From the NCBI GenBank assembly GCA_025359265.1, contig JANYHB010000035.1, positions 58,084-122,083 on the forward strand: DNA of 64,000 nt, in the 5' to 3' direction. The translations under genes were made by a program, and so were the position numbers. Positions within the stretch are counted from its first letter, which is position 1. Each line of letters begins with the position of its first letter. Source of the DNA: Hyphomicrobiales bacterium. GTDB lineage: Bacteria > Pseudomonadota > Alphaproteobacteria > Rhizobiales > Aestuariivirgaceae. Under the pieces are notes generated by a model that saw only the letters and a program-made list of their open reading frames with translations, had not been told where the DNA came from and searched no databases. Positions 19,691-28,900 of the stretch are shown one piece after another.

Positions 19691-21067
19691 TCAATTCACC
19701 ATGGGCAGGCGCAGGCTGGCGCGTAATCCGCCTAAATCAGCGTCAGCCAATGTGAGATCGCCGCCATATATGCTGGCTGTTTCGGAAATAATGGACATGC
19801 CAAGGCCCGAACCCGGCTTGGTTTCATCGAGGCGGCGCCCCCGCTGCAAGGCAGTCTGGCGTTTTTCTTCAGGAATTCCAACCCCATCATCATCCACCGC
19901 AACGCTTAGCCATGCACGCGCTTCATCGGGCGTTGCAGGCACTACATAAGTGCGCACCAAAACGCGGGATTTTGCCCATTTGCAGGCGTTGTCCATCAGG
20001 TTGCCAACCATTTCCTCCAGGTCCTGCTTTTCGCCTCTAAAACGCAATCCCGGAAGCGCATCAACCGTAATGGATATCTGGCGGTCACCATGAATGCGCT
20101 GCAAGGTGCGCCCCAGCGCTTGCAGCACAGGCTCCACCTCGGTTGCGGCACCGATATTTTGGGCGCGCACGGCGCGGCGGGCGCGGTCCAGATAAAGGTT
20201 CACTTGCTCACGCATCACAACAATCTGTTCAGAAACCTTGGCGGCCAAAGGGGATTTGCTGTCGCTCGCCTCGTTGGTCAAAACACTGATGGGCGTTTTC
20301 AAGGCATGTGCAAGATTTCCCACTTGCATGCGCGAACGTTCAACAATTTCAAGATTGGATTGCATGACAAGATTAAGTTCATCGGCCACCGGCTGCAGCT
20401 CACGCGGGAAATTATCCGATAAAAATTCTCCCCGGCCAGATCTTATGTCATTCAGTTGATGCTGCATGTCGGCCAGCGGCTGCAGGGTAAAGCGCACTTG
20501 GAATAAAAGTCCGGCAAGCAAGGCCAAGCCCAATGCGGCAAGAACCGCAAGCAGGGTAGTTTGAAAGCTGGTGATCTCGGATTTCAGCTCATCAAAATTT
20601 CCGCTCACCAGAAATGCGTAGGATTTGCCATCGTTGAAAAGTTTCACATCCTGCTCAATGGCGCGCAGGTTTTTGCCTTGCGGATCAGGCAATGAAAAAC
20701 CCGCAACGCCATCTTTGTCGCGCACTTTCAATGCATCTGCCGGAACCGTGAGTTGCTGTTCCAAAAGCGAGTTTGAAGAAAGAATTTTGCTGCCATCGCC
20801 GCCATTTGAAATCTGCCAATACCAGCCTGAAAGCGGTAGAGAAAACCGCGTATCAGCCAGTTGGTTTTGCACTTGCGGCTTGCCATCGGCGCCGAGTTCA
20901 ACATTGGCCAAAACGCCGTCAAGGGCCGCACGCAGACGCAAATCAAAGTTGCGTTGCAAGGCCGAAACAAAAATCGCGTTCAACAGCACGGCGGCGCTGA
21001 GCAATAAAACCACAGCGATAACACTGGAAGAAGCAATCAGCCGAAACCACAGCGAGTTAGCCCGCAT
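19691..21067 (-). CDS. feuQ: Sensor histidine kinase FeuQ-like
   Basis: GNLAHALKTPISVL H-box, DETKPGSGLGMSI; downstream of feuP. Confidence 0.8.
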   Translation of the reverse strand: MRANSLWFRLIASSSVIAVVLLLSAAVLLNAIFVSALQRNFDLRLRAALDGVLANVELGADGKPQVQNQLADTRFSLPLSGWYWQISNGGDGSKILSSNSLLEQQLTVPADALKVRDKDGVAGFSLPDPQGKNLRAIEQDVKLFNDGKSYAFLVSGNFDELKSEITSFQTTLLAVLAALGLALLAGLLFQVRFTLQPLADMQHQLNDIRSGRGEFLSDNFPRELQPVADELNLVMQSNLEIVERSRMQVGNLAHALKTPISVLTNEASDSKSPLAAKVSEQIVVMREQVNLYLDRARRAVRAQNIGAATEVEPVLQALGRTLQRIHGDRQISITVDALPGLRFRGEKQDLEEMVGNLMDNACKWAKSRVLVRTYVVPATPDEARAWLSVAVDDDGVGIPEEKRQTALQRGRRLDETKPGSGLGMSIISETASIYGGDLTLADADLGGLRASLRLPMVN

Positions 21068-21728
21068 GCCCGGTTTCGCTCATCGTATAACCCATGCCGC
21101 GAATGGTTTGCAGAACATCCACGCCCAGCTTTTTGCGCAGTCGGCCCACAAAAACTTCGATGGTGTTGGAGTCACGATCAAAATCCTGGTCATAGAGATG
21201 TTCAACCAACTCAGTGCGTGAGACCACTTTGCCTGAATGCATCATCAGATAAGATAAAAGCCTGAATTCAAGCGAGGTGAGTTTAACCGCTTTGCCGCTC
21301 ACCACCACTTTGGCGTTGGCCGAATCCAGCGTCACAGGCCCGCATGTCATTTCATTCGAGGCATGGCCCGCGGCGCGGCGCACCAAGGCGCGCAAGCGTG
21401 CCAGAATTTCCTCCATGTTGAAAGGCTTGGTCACATAGTCATCAGCACCAGCGTCAAAGCCTGCCACTTTGTCGCTCCAGCGATCTCTGGCGGTGAGAAT
21501 TAAAACCGGCGTTTTCTTGCCGGCGCGGCGCCATTGGGAAAGCACGCTCACGCCATCGATAACCGGCAGGCCAAGATCGAGAACGATGGCGTCATAAGGC
21601 TCAGTGTCGCCCAAAAAGTGGCCTTCTTCGCCGTCAAAGGCTTTGTCCACCACATAGCCGTTTTGCTGCAAGCTTTCGACGAGCTGGCGGTTCAGGTCTT
21701 TGTCGTCTTCCACCACAAGTATGCGCAT
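21057..21728 (-). CDS. feuP: Response regulator FeuP-like
   Basis: MRILVVEDDKDLNRQL...FDGEEGHFLGDTEPYDAIVLDLGLP, characteristic of FeuP. Confidence 0.88.
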   Translation of the reverse strand: MRILVVEDDKDLNRQLVESLQQNGYVVDKAFDGEEGHFLGDTEPYDAIVLDLGLPVIDGVSVLSQWRRAGKKTPVLILTARDRWSDKVAGFDAGADDYVTKPFNMEEILARLRALVRRAAGHASNEMTCGPVTLDSANAKVVVSGKAVKLTSLEFRLLSYLMMHSGKVVSRTELVEHLYDQDFDRDSNTIEVFVGRLRKKLGVDVLQTIRGMGYTMSETGHAG

Positions 21729-21762
21729 GTTACCCTCAACAGTGCCGGGCAGCACAGGCAAT

Positions 21763-22071
21763 TTAGCCAAGGCTGCCGCTTGTCGCGTCCACCAAGACTT
21801 TCTGCACGCTGCCCCCCGTCTTCAAGGTTACAGCATATTGCCCACTGGGCAATAGCTTCACGCCAAGCACAATAGAGCCTGGGTTGGCCTGTTGCGCGAT
21901 CAAGGCCGCCTGCGATGGTTTCACCGGCCATTTGGAAGCGTCTTGCACAACGTTAACCAATGGTGAGGCCGAGAGTCGGTGCGCCAGTGTTTCAGGCGCT
22001 GAAACGGCATAAGCAGAAGTCAGTTGTGCCACATTCACCGCCAGGATCAGCAACAGGCTTTTGACAATCAT
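21763..22071 (-). CDS. Small periplasmic PepSY-like protein (FeuN position)
   Basis: Signal peptide, then PSQAALIAQQANPG...YAVTLK...VLVDATSG; directly upstream of feuP. Confidence 0.65.
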   Translation of the reverse strand: MIVKSLLLILAVNVAQLTSAYAVSAPETLAHRLSASPLVNVVQDASKWPVKPSQAALIAQQANPGSIVLGVKLLPSGQYAVTLKTGGSVQKVLVDATSGSLG

Positions 22072-22120
22072 TCTCACGTCTGTAATCCCCAAATTGAATT
22101 GAGGCTATACTTTCTACAAG

Positions 22121-22137
22121 CTGAACTGGGGATGAAC
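22121..22137 (-). promoter_or_regulatory. OmpR-type direct repeat upstream of feuN-feuP-feuQ
   Basis: Minus strand GTTCAT-N5-GTTCAG (11-bp period), with TATAGC downstream. Confidence 0.45.
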
Positions 22138-22139
22138 GG

Positions 22140-22355
22140 TCACACTTTGTCCTCGCAATAGGCTTTGCGCCTGAGGTTGTTGCGCCGAATGTCATTGATC
22201 GAAGCCGTTGTGTCATGGTGACTGGCGTAAGATAATGGCCGCCATACAAGGCACACGAGGGGTTCAGACGGGGCTGTCGCGGTCCAGCGGGTCTGGCGCG
22301 TCTGGCAGGCGCTCAAGATCAGCGCGGCCAGCAGCGCCAAGGCGATTTTGTTCAT
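22140..22355 (-). CDS. Outer-membrane lipoprotein, o-spanin (Rz1-like)
   Basis: MNKIALALLAALILSAC lipobox, two further Cys, GAGGA RBS; begins inside the upstream gene. Confidence 0.7.
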   Translation of the reverse strand: MNKIALALLAALILSACQTRQTRWTATAPSEPLVCLVWRPLSYASHHDTTASINDIRRNNLRRKAYCEDKV

Positions 22356-22482
22356 GGCGTAAATCCTCCTCGCGTTGCATGGCAGCACCAATGTCGCGCT
22401 CCTGCGCCCTGTCTTGGCTGGCGGCGCGCCCTTGAAATAATTTGAGCAAGCCCGCACAGATTTCCAGAAATAGGCGCAGCAT
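22264..22482 (-). CDS. Putative i-spanin (Rz-like)
   Basis: Hydrophobic N-terminus MLRLFLEICAGLLKLF, charged helical body, Pro/Asp tail; 92-nt overlap with the lipoprotein. Confidence 0.6.
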   Translation of the reverse strand: MLRLFLEICAGLLKLFQGRAASQDRAQERDIGAAMQREEDLRHEQNRLGAAGRADLERLPDAPDPLDRDSPV

Positions 22483-22484
22483 GT

Positions 22485-22664
22485 TTACTTAATCGTCTTG
22501 CCAGTCTTATTGGTGTGCACAGACCAAACGGCGGTCAACAGTGCGATAAAGCCTGTTGCCACGGCAGCATAATCGCCCGTGGGTAATATGCCCTTGCCCA
22601 CAAGGTATGCGATGGCCGGAGGGAAAATGGCGCGGACAATGCCGCCAATCATGTCGGAATTCAT
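22485..22664 (-). CDS. Putative holin, 59 aa, two TM segments (not in the ORF track)
   Basis: Manual translation MNSDMIGGIVRAIFPPAIAYLVGKGILPTGDYAAVATGFIALLTAVWSVHTNKTGKTIK; AGGTG RBS; basic C-tail; lies between endolysin and spanins. Confidence 0.7.
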   Translation of the reverse strand: MNSDMIGGIVRAIFPPAIAYLVGKGILPTGDYAAVATGFIALLTAVWSVHTNKTGKTIK

Positions 22665-22710
22665 AAGGTCACCTACGATATTGTAATGCCGGAAGCCGTC
22701 CGGCGCGGGA

Positions 22711-23181
22711 TTAGAAATGCGCGGCTTGAAAGTGCATGCGGTCCCGCGGTAAATTCACCCAGCCCTCGGCAGCAAAGGCCTTTAAAACTTCGTCACAAAA
22801 CCGTGGTGAAGTGCGCCCCATGGGAAATCGTTGTGGGGCTAAATCAATCGCGCACCCATAAGCGTGCATCGACAAATGGTTTGAACCGCGCATCCGTCTG
22901 AAATTAAATGAGCCACCAAATTCAGAAACGCCCCACGCATCAATCTTCCTCTGCTCTTGGCCAGACGCCAGCCAAATTGCTTGCAACACGCGCAGCAAAC
23001 TATCTGCACATTTGCGGTGGATTGTGATGTGTGCAACCGGCGTACCCATAAAGTGCATCGCAAAGGGCGGCGTTACATGCGTGAGGTTTTGCGCTTTCCA
23101 CAGCATAGCAGCCTTGCCGTCAGGCCCACGCGGATTTCCATAGAAGGCATCTGCCTCCGATTGTTTGGGCCAGTCAATCAT
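22711..23181 (-). CDS. M15-family peptidase endolysin
   Basis: FNFRRMRG, SMHAYGCAID and DRMHFQ zinc-ligand motifs; no signal peptide. Confidence 0.88.
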   Translation of the reverse strand: MIDWPKQSEADAFYGNPRGPDGKAAMLWKAQNLTHVTPPFAMHFMGTPVAHITIHRKCADSLLRVLQAIWLASGQEQRKIDAWGVSEFGGSFNFRRMRGSNHLSMHAYGCAIDLAPQRFPMGRTSPRFCDEVLKAFAAEGWVNLPRDRMHFQAAHF

Positions 23182-23190
23182 GTTTTGCTT

Positions 23191-23409
23191 TCAGGATTTG
23201 ATAACAGAAAAAACGCGCAGGGCGTGTTCAAGTGCCGCTCCCAAAGTGGTGGCTAAGCCAATCGTCACCACCAAAAGCCGCCATCCGCCGCGAGCGCTGG
23301 TCACCGCATCGCGAATTTCGCGGATGTCGCTGCGTACAGCCTGCAACTCATGTTCAACGGCTTCCATGCGCGCCTGCAAATTGCCCAGTTCGCGTTCAAT
23401 GGATGTCAT
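23191..23409 (-). CDS. Small coiled-coil plus C-terminal TM protein in the lysis region
   Basis: Heptad-rich N-terminus, then GGWRLLVVTIGLATTLGAAL. Confidence 0.6.
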   Translation of the reverse strand: MTSIERELGNLQARMEAVEHELQAVRSDIREIRDAVTSARGGWRLLVVTIGLATTLGAALEHALRVFSVIKS

Positions 23410-23411
23410 GT

Positions 23412-24302
23412 TCACCACGCTTGAATGATCACCAGGCCGCCACCGCCGGTTCCACCGATGCCGCCACCGCCGCCACCGCCGCCAGAGCCTATCGCGCCGC
23501 GCCCGCCATTGCCGCCACTGGCTGCGTTGGATGCGCCGCCACCAGCCCCGCCCGAGGTTCCGAATGGCTTCGACGACAGAAAGCCGTCGCTGCCATTGTT
23601 GCTGCCGGCGGCGGCGCCGTTAATTGTGGGGAACCAACCGCCACCCGTAATGGCCCCACCCGCGAAGTCAGCACTGGTGGTGCCACCACCGCCGGCGCCA
23701 CCGCAAATCTGCACGGAATTGCTGCCCCAAACCACTGCCGCTCCAACGCCGCCCGCAACCGCACCGCCCGCCCCACCGCTCACCCCCGGCGAGGTACTAA
23801 AGCTGCCTAAATTAAGCATCGTTGTCATGCCGATTGATGTGGCCCCGGCCCCTGCGGTGCCAACAGCCGCCGCCGAGCCGCCGCCGCCGCCCACTGCACC
23901 GGTGCCCCCGCCGATCACTCTATTTTGCGCCAACAAATCAGGCCGTACCGCCACCGCTGACGTGCCGCCGTTGCTGCCCGCCACTCCAGCGGCTCCCACG
24001 GCTCCGCCAAGGCCCACATTGATATACAGTGGGTCAGGCAAGGCGCCCAACACCTCGTCCACGAAGGAAATCGAGGTGCGGTGAATGGCGCCGCCACCGC
24101 CACCGCCGCCGCCGCCCCGCGCACTGCCCGCCGTTGCACCAAAGCCACCGCCGCCGCCTGCACCCGCGCTGATGCAGATAATTTCAACGTGGCTTTTGCC
24201 GCGTGGCCTGGTCCACGTCTGCCAATCGCCAGCACCTTGCGCATAGAAAACCTGCGCCTTTGCACCGTTTTTAGAATTGGGAATATGTGAAAAATCCAGC
24301 AT
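23412..24302 (-). CDS. Glycine-rich tail-fibre/tail-associated protein
   Basis: WTRPRG...IICISAGAGGGGG and C-terminal GGGGLVIIQAW, typical of phage glycine-rich domains. Confidence 0.7.
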   Translation of the reverse strand: MLDFSHIPNSKNGAKAQVFYAQGAGDWQTWTRPRGKSHVEIICISAGAGGGGGFGATAGSARGGGGGGGGGAIHRTSISFVDEVLGALPDPLYINVGLGGAVGAAGVAGSNGGTSAVAVRPDLLAQNRVIGGGTGAVGGGGGSAAAVGTAGAGATSIGMTTMLNLGSFSTSPGVSGGAGGAVAGGVGAAVVWGSNSVQICGGAGGGGTTSADFAGGAITGGGWFPTINGAAAGSNNGSDGFLSSKPFGTSGGAGGGASNAASGGNGGRGAIGSGGGGGGGGIGGTGGGGLVIIQAW

Positions 24303-24727
24303 CAGTATTGCCCGCCGATCACCGACACTTGATAGCCAGCCGCGACCGCCGTTCCCAACGTAACATTGAGTTTATAACCGGCAGGCAAAACAAAATTCAG
24401 CGGCAACACAAGATCAGGCTGCGCGGAAATTTCAGTTAGCGTTGAGGCTGGCAGCGTTAGCTCGGCAATCAACGAATTATTGGCCGCCGTGGTGTTCACC
24501 CCGCCATTGTTGATGAACACGCGCAGCACCGTTGCCACATTCGTCCCCAAAGTGCGGGCCACAAGTTTTTGCAAAAAGTTGCCGGCGTTGTTGCCCACGT
24601 TGTTGCCGGTGGCAATCGTGGTTACCACACCGGTTCCATCTTTGGCGGTGTTTGCGGCGGTTAGAGCTGCGGCACCCCATTGAATGGAACCAAGCGTTGA
24701 AAAAATCGGTTGGGTATTGGCTGGCAT
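24302..24727 (-). CDS. Hypothetical phage tail-associated protein
   Basis: 141-aa beta-rich ORF (MPANTQPIF...VIGGQY) coupled between the fibre genes. Confidence 0.55.
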   Translation of the reverse strand: MPANTQPIFSTLGSIQWGAAALTAANTAKDGTGVVTTIATGNNVGNNAGNFLQKLVARTLGTNVATVLRVFINNGGVNTTAANNSLIAELTLPASTLTEISAQPDLVLPLNFVLPAGYKLNVTLGTAVAAGYQVSVIGGQY

Positions 24728-24736
24728 TTGAATCTC

Positions 24737-25996
24737 CTAATTCATGATGAGAAAATTGGCGGCCATCTGGCCCTGCAGATTGATGGCAACTTGCATTTGA
24801 TCCACCGTTAAATCCGCAGGTGCTGCGACAACCGCAGTATTGTTTGCCTTGAAAGTAAACGCGGCCATGGGGGCAAGCTTGGCATTGCCCACCACGCCCG
24901 CCGCAATCGTCAGGGCCAGTGATCCGGCCGCATTGGTCACATCGCCCGTGTGGGCAGGCTCTTGGGCGGCTTGCAGCGTGCCAATAACTTGGGTGGTTAA
25001 ATTCACTGAAGCCGCTATGGCCAATGCGCCAAGGCCTGAAACGTCAGTTGCAGCAATCGCAAGCAAGGCTTTCACTTGCGCTGCTGTCAAAGCCAGTGGC
25101 GTGGCTGATGCAACCGAGTTGTTTCCCAAAATACTGTTGGCCGCCATATTTGCCATCTTCGGCAAACTCACGGCTGCATTGGAAAGCGTCACCGCACCCG
25201 TGGCTGTGTTGATGGTGGCGTCGCCAGAAGCGGTAAAGCCGCCAAACGCGGTGCCATTTTTGTATTGTATTTGGCCAGACGTGCCGGCCGCTGCGCCACT
25301 GCCCGCGGCATCGACATATTGCTTCGTGGCAACGCCCAGGGGATCAGTCGGGTTGGCAAATACTTTGGCCAAGCCCGAGCTTGCATCAACAATAATACCT
25401 TCCTTCCACAACGCGCCATCAGGGCTCACCTTGATGTGAAAGCTGTCATCGCCCGTCGCACCCAACTCAGCGCGGCCAGAAAATCCGGTTTGATAAAGCA
25501 GACTTGCCGTATCTGCTAAAGCATTTTTATTGAACTTCAGCTGAATCCCATTGCCAACGTTGTTGAACAAAACCGCTGAAGAACTCACAGCCAGTTTATT
25601 GATGGCATCAGCCGTGGCATTAACGCCCAAGAGGCTCATGTTCTGCAAAATTTGCGGCACGGGAGGTGCCACCCAGTTTACGCCATCATAGATCAGGAAA
25701 ATATTTTCGGCCTCAACCCACAGCGCCCAGCCTTTGCGCGGCGTCAAAAATTGCCAAAGTCCGGCGTTACGAAAGGCAATCAACCCGGCCTGCCCTAACC
25801 ATTCAGCAAGGGGTGCCGCCCCAATCAGAAAGCGATTGCCGTCAATGTACGTGCCGGGCGGCGCATTAAGGCCACGGGAAATAACTGACAGCTGCAATAG
25901 TCCATCAATCAACGCCAGGGCATCGTTATGCGGCACATGTTTCTGCGCCTGGTTTGCCAAAATATAGGGCAACGCCAGATTGGGAGAATTAGGCAT
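24737..25996 (-). CDS. DUF2793-domain tail fibre protein with C-terminal repeats
   Basis: NLALPYILANQAQKHVPHNDALALIDGLLQ; overlaps the megatron stop. Confidence 0.85.
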   Translation of the reverse strand: MPNSPNLALPYILANQAQKHVPHNDALALIDGLLQLSVISRGLNAPPGTYIDGNRFLIGAAPLAEWLGQAGLIAFRNAGLWQFLTPRKGWALWVEAENIFLIYDGVNWVAPPVPQILQNMSLLGVNATADAINKLAVSSSAVLFNNVGNGIQLKFNKNALADTASLLYQTGFSGRAELGATGDDSFHIKVSPDGALWKEGIIVDASSGLAKVFANPTDPLGVATKQYVDAAGSGAAAGTSGQIQYKNGTAFGGFTASGDATINTATGAVTLSNAAVSLPKMANMAANSILGNNSVASATPLALTAAQVKALLAIAATDVSGLGALAIAASVNLTTQVIGTLQAAQEPAHTGDVTNAAGSLALTIAAGVVGNAKLAPMAAFTFKANNTAVVAAPADLTVDQMQVAINLQGQMAANFLIMN

Positions 25997-28900
25997 TCAT
26001 CGTCCTTTCAAGAATGGCACCTTGGCCAAACACTTGGCTGGTTTGCGAAACGCGCGCGGTGAGGGCAATTGGCCCCGCGCCAAAATCGGTCAAAATGTCG
26101 GCGGCAAGGTAAACATATGAAGGCGTTGCCGTTTGGATGCTGCGCTTCACCACGCCGGCCTTCACAATGTCGAGCCGGTAACTCTCGAGTGTTTCCGAAA
26201 GCGGCACCTCGGCCACTTCCCAACTGTCACCATCCACGCGCGTGCGCCTGATCCAGCTGATGATCAGCCCCGCAGGATCTTTCTTCACCTGCAAATATGT
26301 GGGAGGCAAGGGTCGCAGTGCCCGCAGGCCGCCGGGATAAACGATCTCCACATAAGCCGAATTTCCATAATCCACCTGTGATGGCCCAATGCGCCACGTG
26401 GCCCCTTGGCCCGCTTCACTCACTGTCATGGCGGGCTGGGTTAAAGCCGCGTTCAGCAAAACCGCAGTTTGGCCTGAGGGCCGCGTGGATAGCATCTCCG
26501 GCTCTGACCCCGCCTGCGCCCGCAACAGGCCCGAAAGCCTGTAGGTATTTGCGGCAATCAGTGTGGCATTCTGGAACTGCACAATCTCAAAGCCATTGGC
26601 ACCTGTTCCAATCGCCAAGGCGTTGCCACCGCTCAACAATGCGTCGCGATCAATGGATGAAAATGTGCCGCTGCGCAGTTGCACATCGAGCGTTTGATTA
26701 AAATCAACGCGCCCCGTCAATCCTGCATTCAGCGCCGTCAGCGTTGAACCAACGGTGGCCGCCTGATTGATCAATTGGTTGAATGCAAAACTGGCCGCGC
26801 CGGTTTTCTTGAAAATCGCATCACTGCCCGGCCAAGGCGTGGCTTGCACCGCAAGGCGCGGAGCAGCAGCGTTGCTCGAATCTGCCAAAGCCAAATCCAT
26901 CATCACAACTTCCGCCGGCCCGTAAATCGCCGGCATCGGCGTGGTTATTGGCCGTGTTACACCTGAGGGGCCATCAATCACCGCGTTATCTTGCGCCACG
27001 GCTTCAATCTTGCGTGTGGCCCCCGCCAAAATGCTCTTGATGCGCCAACGATCAGCATTGATCTGCACAATATCGCCAGGCTCAATGGCTTCCCAATGGG
27101 GTGGCAATGCAAATTGTGCTGTGGTGCGGGCGGCCCAGGCATCAGCCAATAAATAATCGGCTCGCGCTTGTGCCTGATTTTGTGGAATGGCTACGGCAAA
27201 GTTAATGCCAATTTCGTTTTTGCTGGAGGTGGCGCTGCGCCATTGTGCAACGGCCGCTTGGCGGTAGTCCAATCCACTTTCCATATAGGCCAGATGAACG
27301 GCCACCGGCAAATCCGTTTCCTGCGCCCGGTGCATCGTGATCAAAGCCGATGCTTTGGCATCGTCGATTAAATCTGTGGGCGGCACGCTGATGCTGGCGG
27401 TGCGCTGCCTGCTGGTGAATTTGAGCTGGCCGACACTTTCAACTGCGTTGATGCCATAGACATTCAACACGGTTTCCAAGGCTTCACGTGCAGACATTTG
27501 CTTGTCCAGCACATAACCATCAATCAAGCCTTCCACCGCGCTTACATCACAATCAGTCAGGCTAAAACGCGCCGCAATGGCGCTGATAACACTTGCCAGA
27601 TCAAGGCTGCCAACGCGCCCGTTCAGCCAATGGCCGCGCGCGTAATTTCCGGCATCGCCCCACACATCGCTGCGCGCCGGAAAAGCCGGATAGGGCCTTG
27701 CGTCCCAACACCAGATTGAAGTGCGAGAAACATCCAGCATCGGGGCACCATAGAGCGCTGAAATAGGATTTTGGGCTGGGCCGACATTCCAATAATCCAA
27801 ACTGGCCCTTATAAAGGCCAGTTGAATTTGCGTGTCAGATTGTGCTCCGGAATAATAGGGCACCGTGCTTTCGGCAGATTTCGGATCAACAAATACATTG
27901 GGCTGATTGGTGCCTTTGTCGATGGCGGCACAGCCAATCTCGGTAAACCAGATGGGTTTGGATTGGGCAATCCAACTGCTGGCTGTCGCGCTTTCCACGC
28001 CGCTTGGTCGGTTAAAATGCGCGTTGCTCCACCAGCTTTTTAAATCCTTGGGGCGAAACACCCATGGCTTGTTGTAAGCGCCATCGGTTATGGGCCTGCG
28101 CAGTTGTGCGTCGCGTGCCGCCTGGTTTGCATAATACCAATCATAAAGTTCGCCACCGGCAATGCGTGATTGCAAGTAGGTGCGATCATAAATCGAGCGT
28201 GTGCCCGCAATATAATCTAAATGCGCCGTGCCATCGCGCCAGTCGCTCAGCGGAAAATAATTATCAATGCCGACGAAATCCACGTTGAGCGAAGACCACA
28301 GGGGGTCGAGATGGAAATAAACATCGCCGCTTCCATCGCTCGGTTGATAGCCGAAGTATTCGCTCCAATCCGCCGCATAAGAAATCTTCGCCGCGGGCAA
28401 AATGGATTTCACGTCAGCGGCTAAAGTTTGCAGTGCTGCAACAAAGGGAAAGGTGCCGGCGGCTGAGCGCAACGTGGTGAGCCCACGCAGTTCACTGCCA
28501 ATCAAAAACGCATCAACCCCGCCCGCCAAGGCACAAAGTTTTGCATAATGCAAAATCATGCGGCGATAGCTCCATTCGCTGCCCGCAAAGGTTACGGTGT
28601 CCAAGCCATTCACAAATTGTGCGGCCGTGGCGGTGCCTACAAAACTGGCGATTTCTGTGGCGAGTGCAGAAGTTTTATCCGGCGTGCCTGAAAGGCCTGG
28701 GGCTTTTGAGGCGGTGATGCGCCCGCGCCATGGATAGGCTGCCTGCGCGGCTGCGCCATAGGGATCAGGCAAGGCATTGCCGGATGGAATATCCATCAAG
28801 ATGAAGGGATAGAACATCACCTTCAACCCACGCGCCCGCAAATCCTGAATGGCGTGGATCACTGAGGCATCAGATGGTGTGCCGCCATAGGCCGCGTTGC

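Noticed and set aside
22650-22664. Dual-start motif M-N-S-D-M in the holin
   Set aside because: Lambda-type antiholin extensions carry a positive charge; this one is neutral/acidic
23425-24084. Proline-rich 219-aa ORF on the + strand
   Set aside because: Mirror of the GGC/GGT codons of the glycine-rich gene on the opposite strand
23412-25996. Possible diversity-generating retroelement acting on the tail fibres
   Set aside because: No reverse transcriptase and no template/variable repeat pair differing at adenines; the repeats are protein-level only
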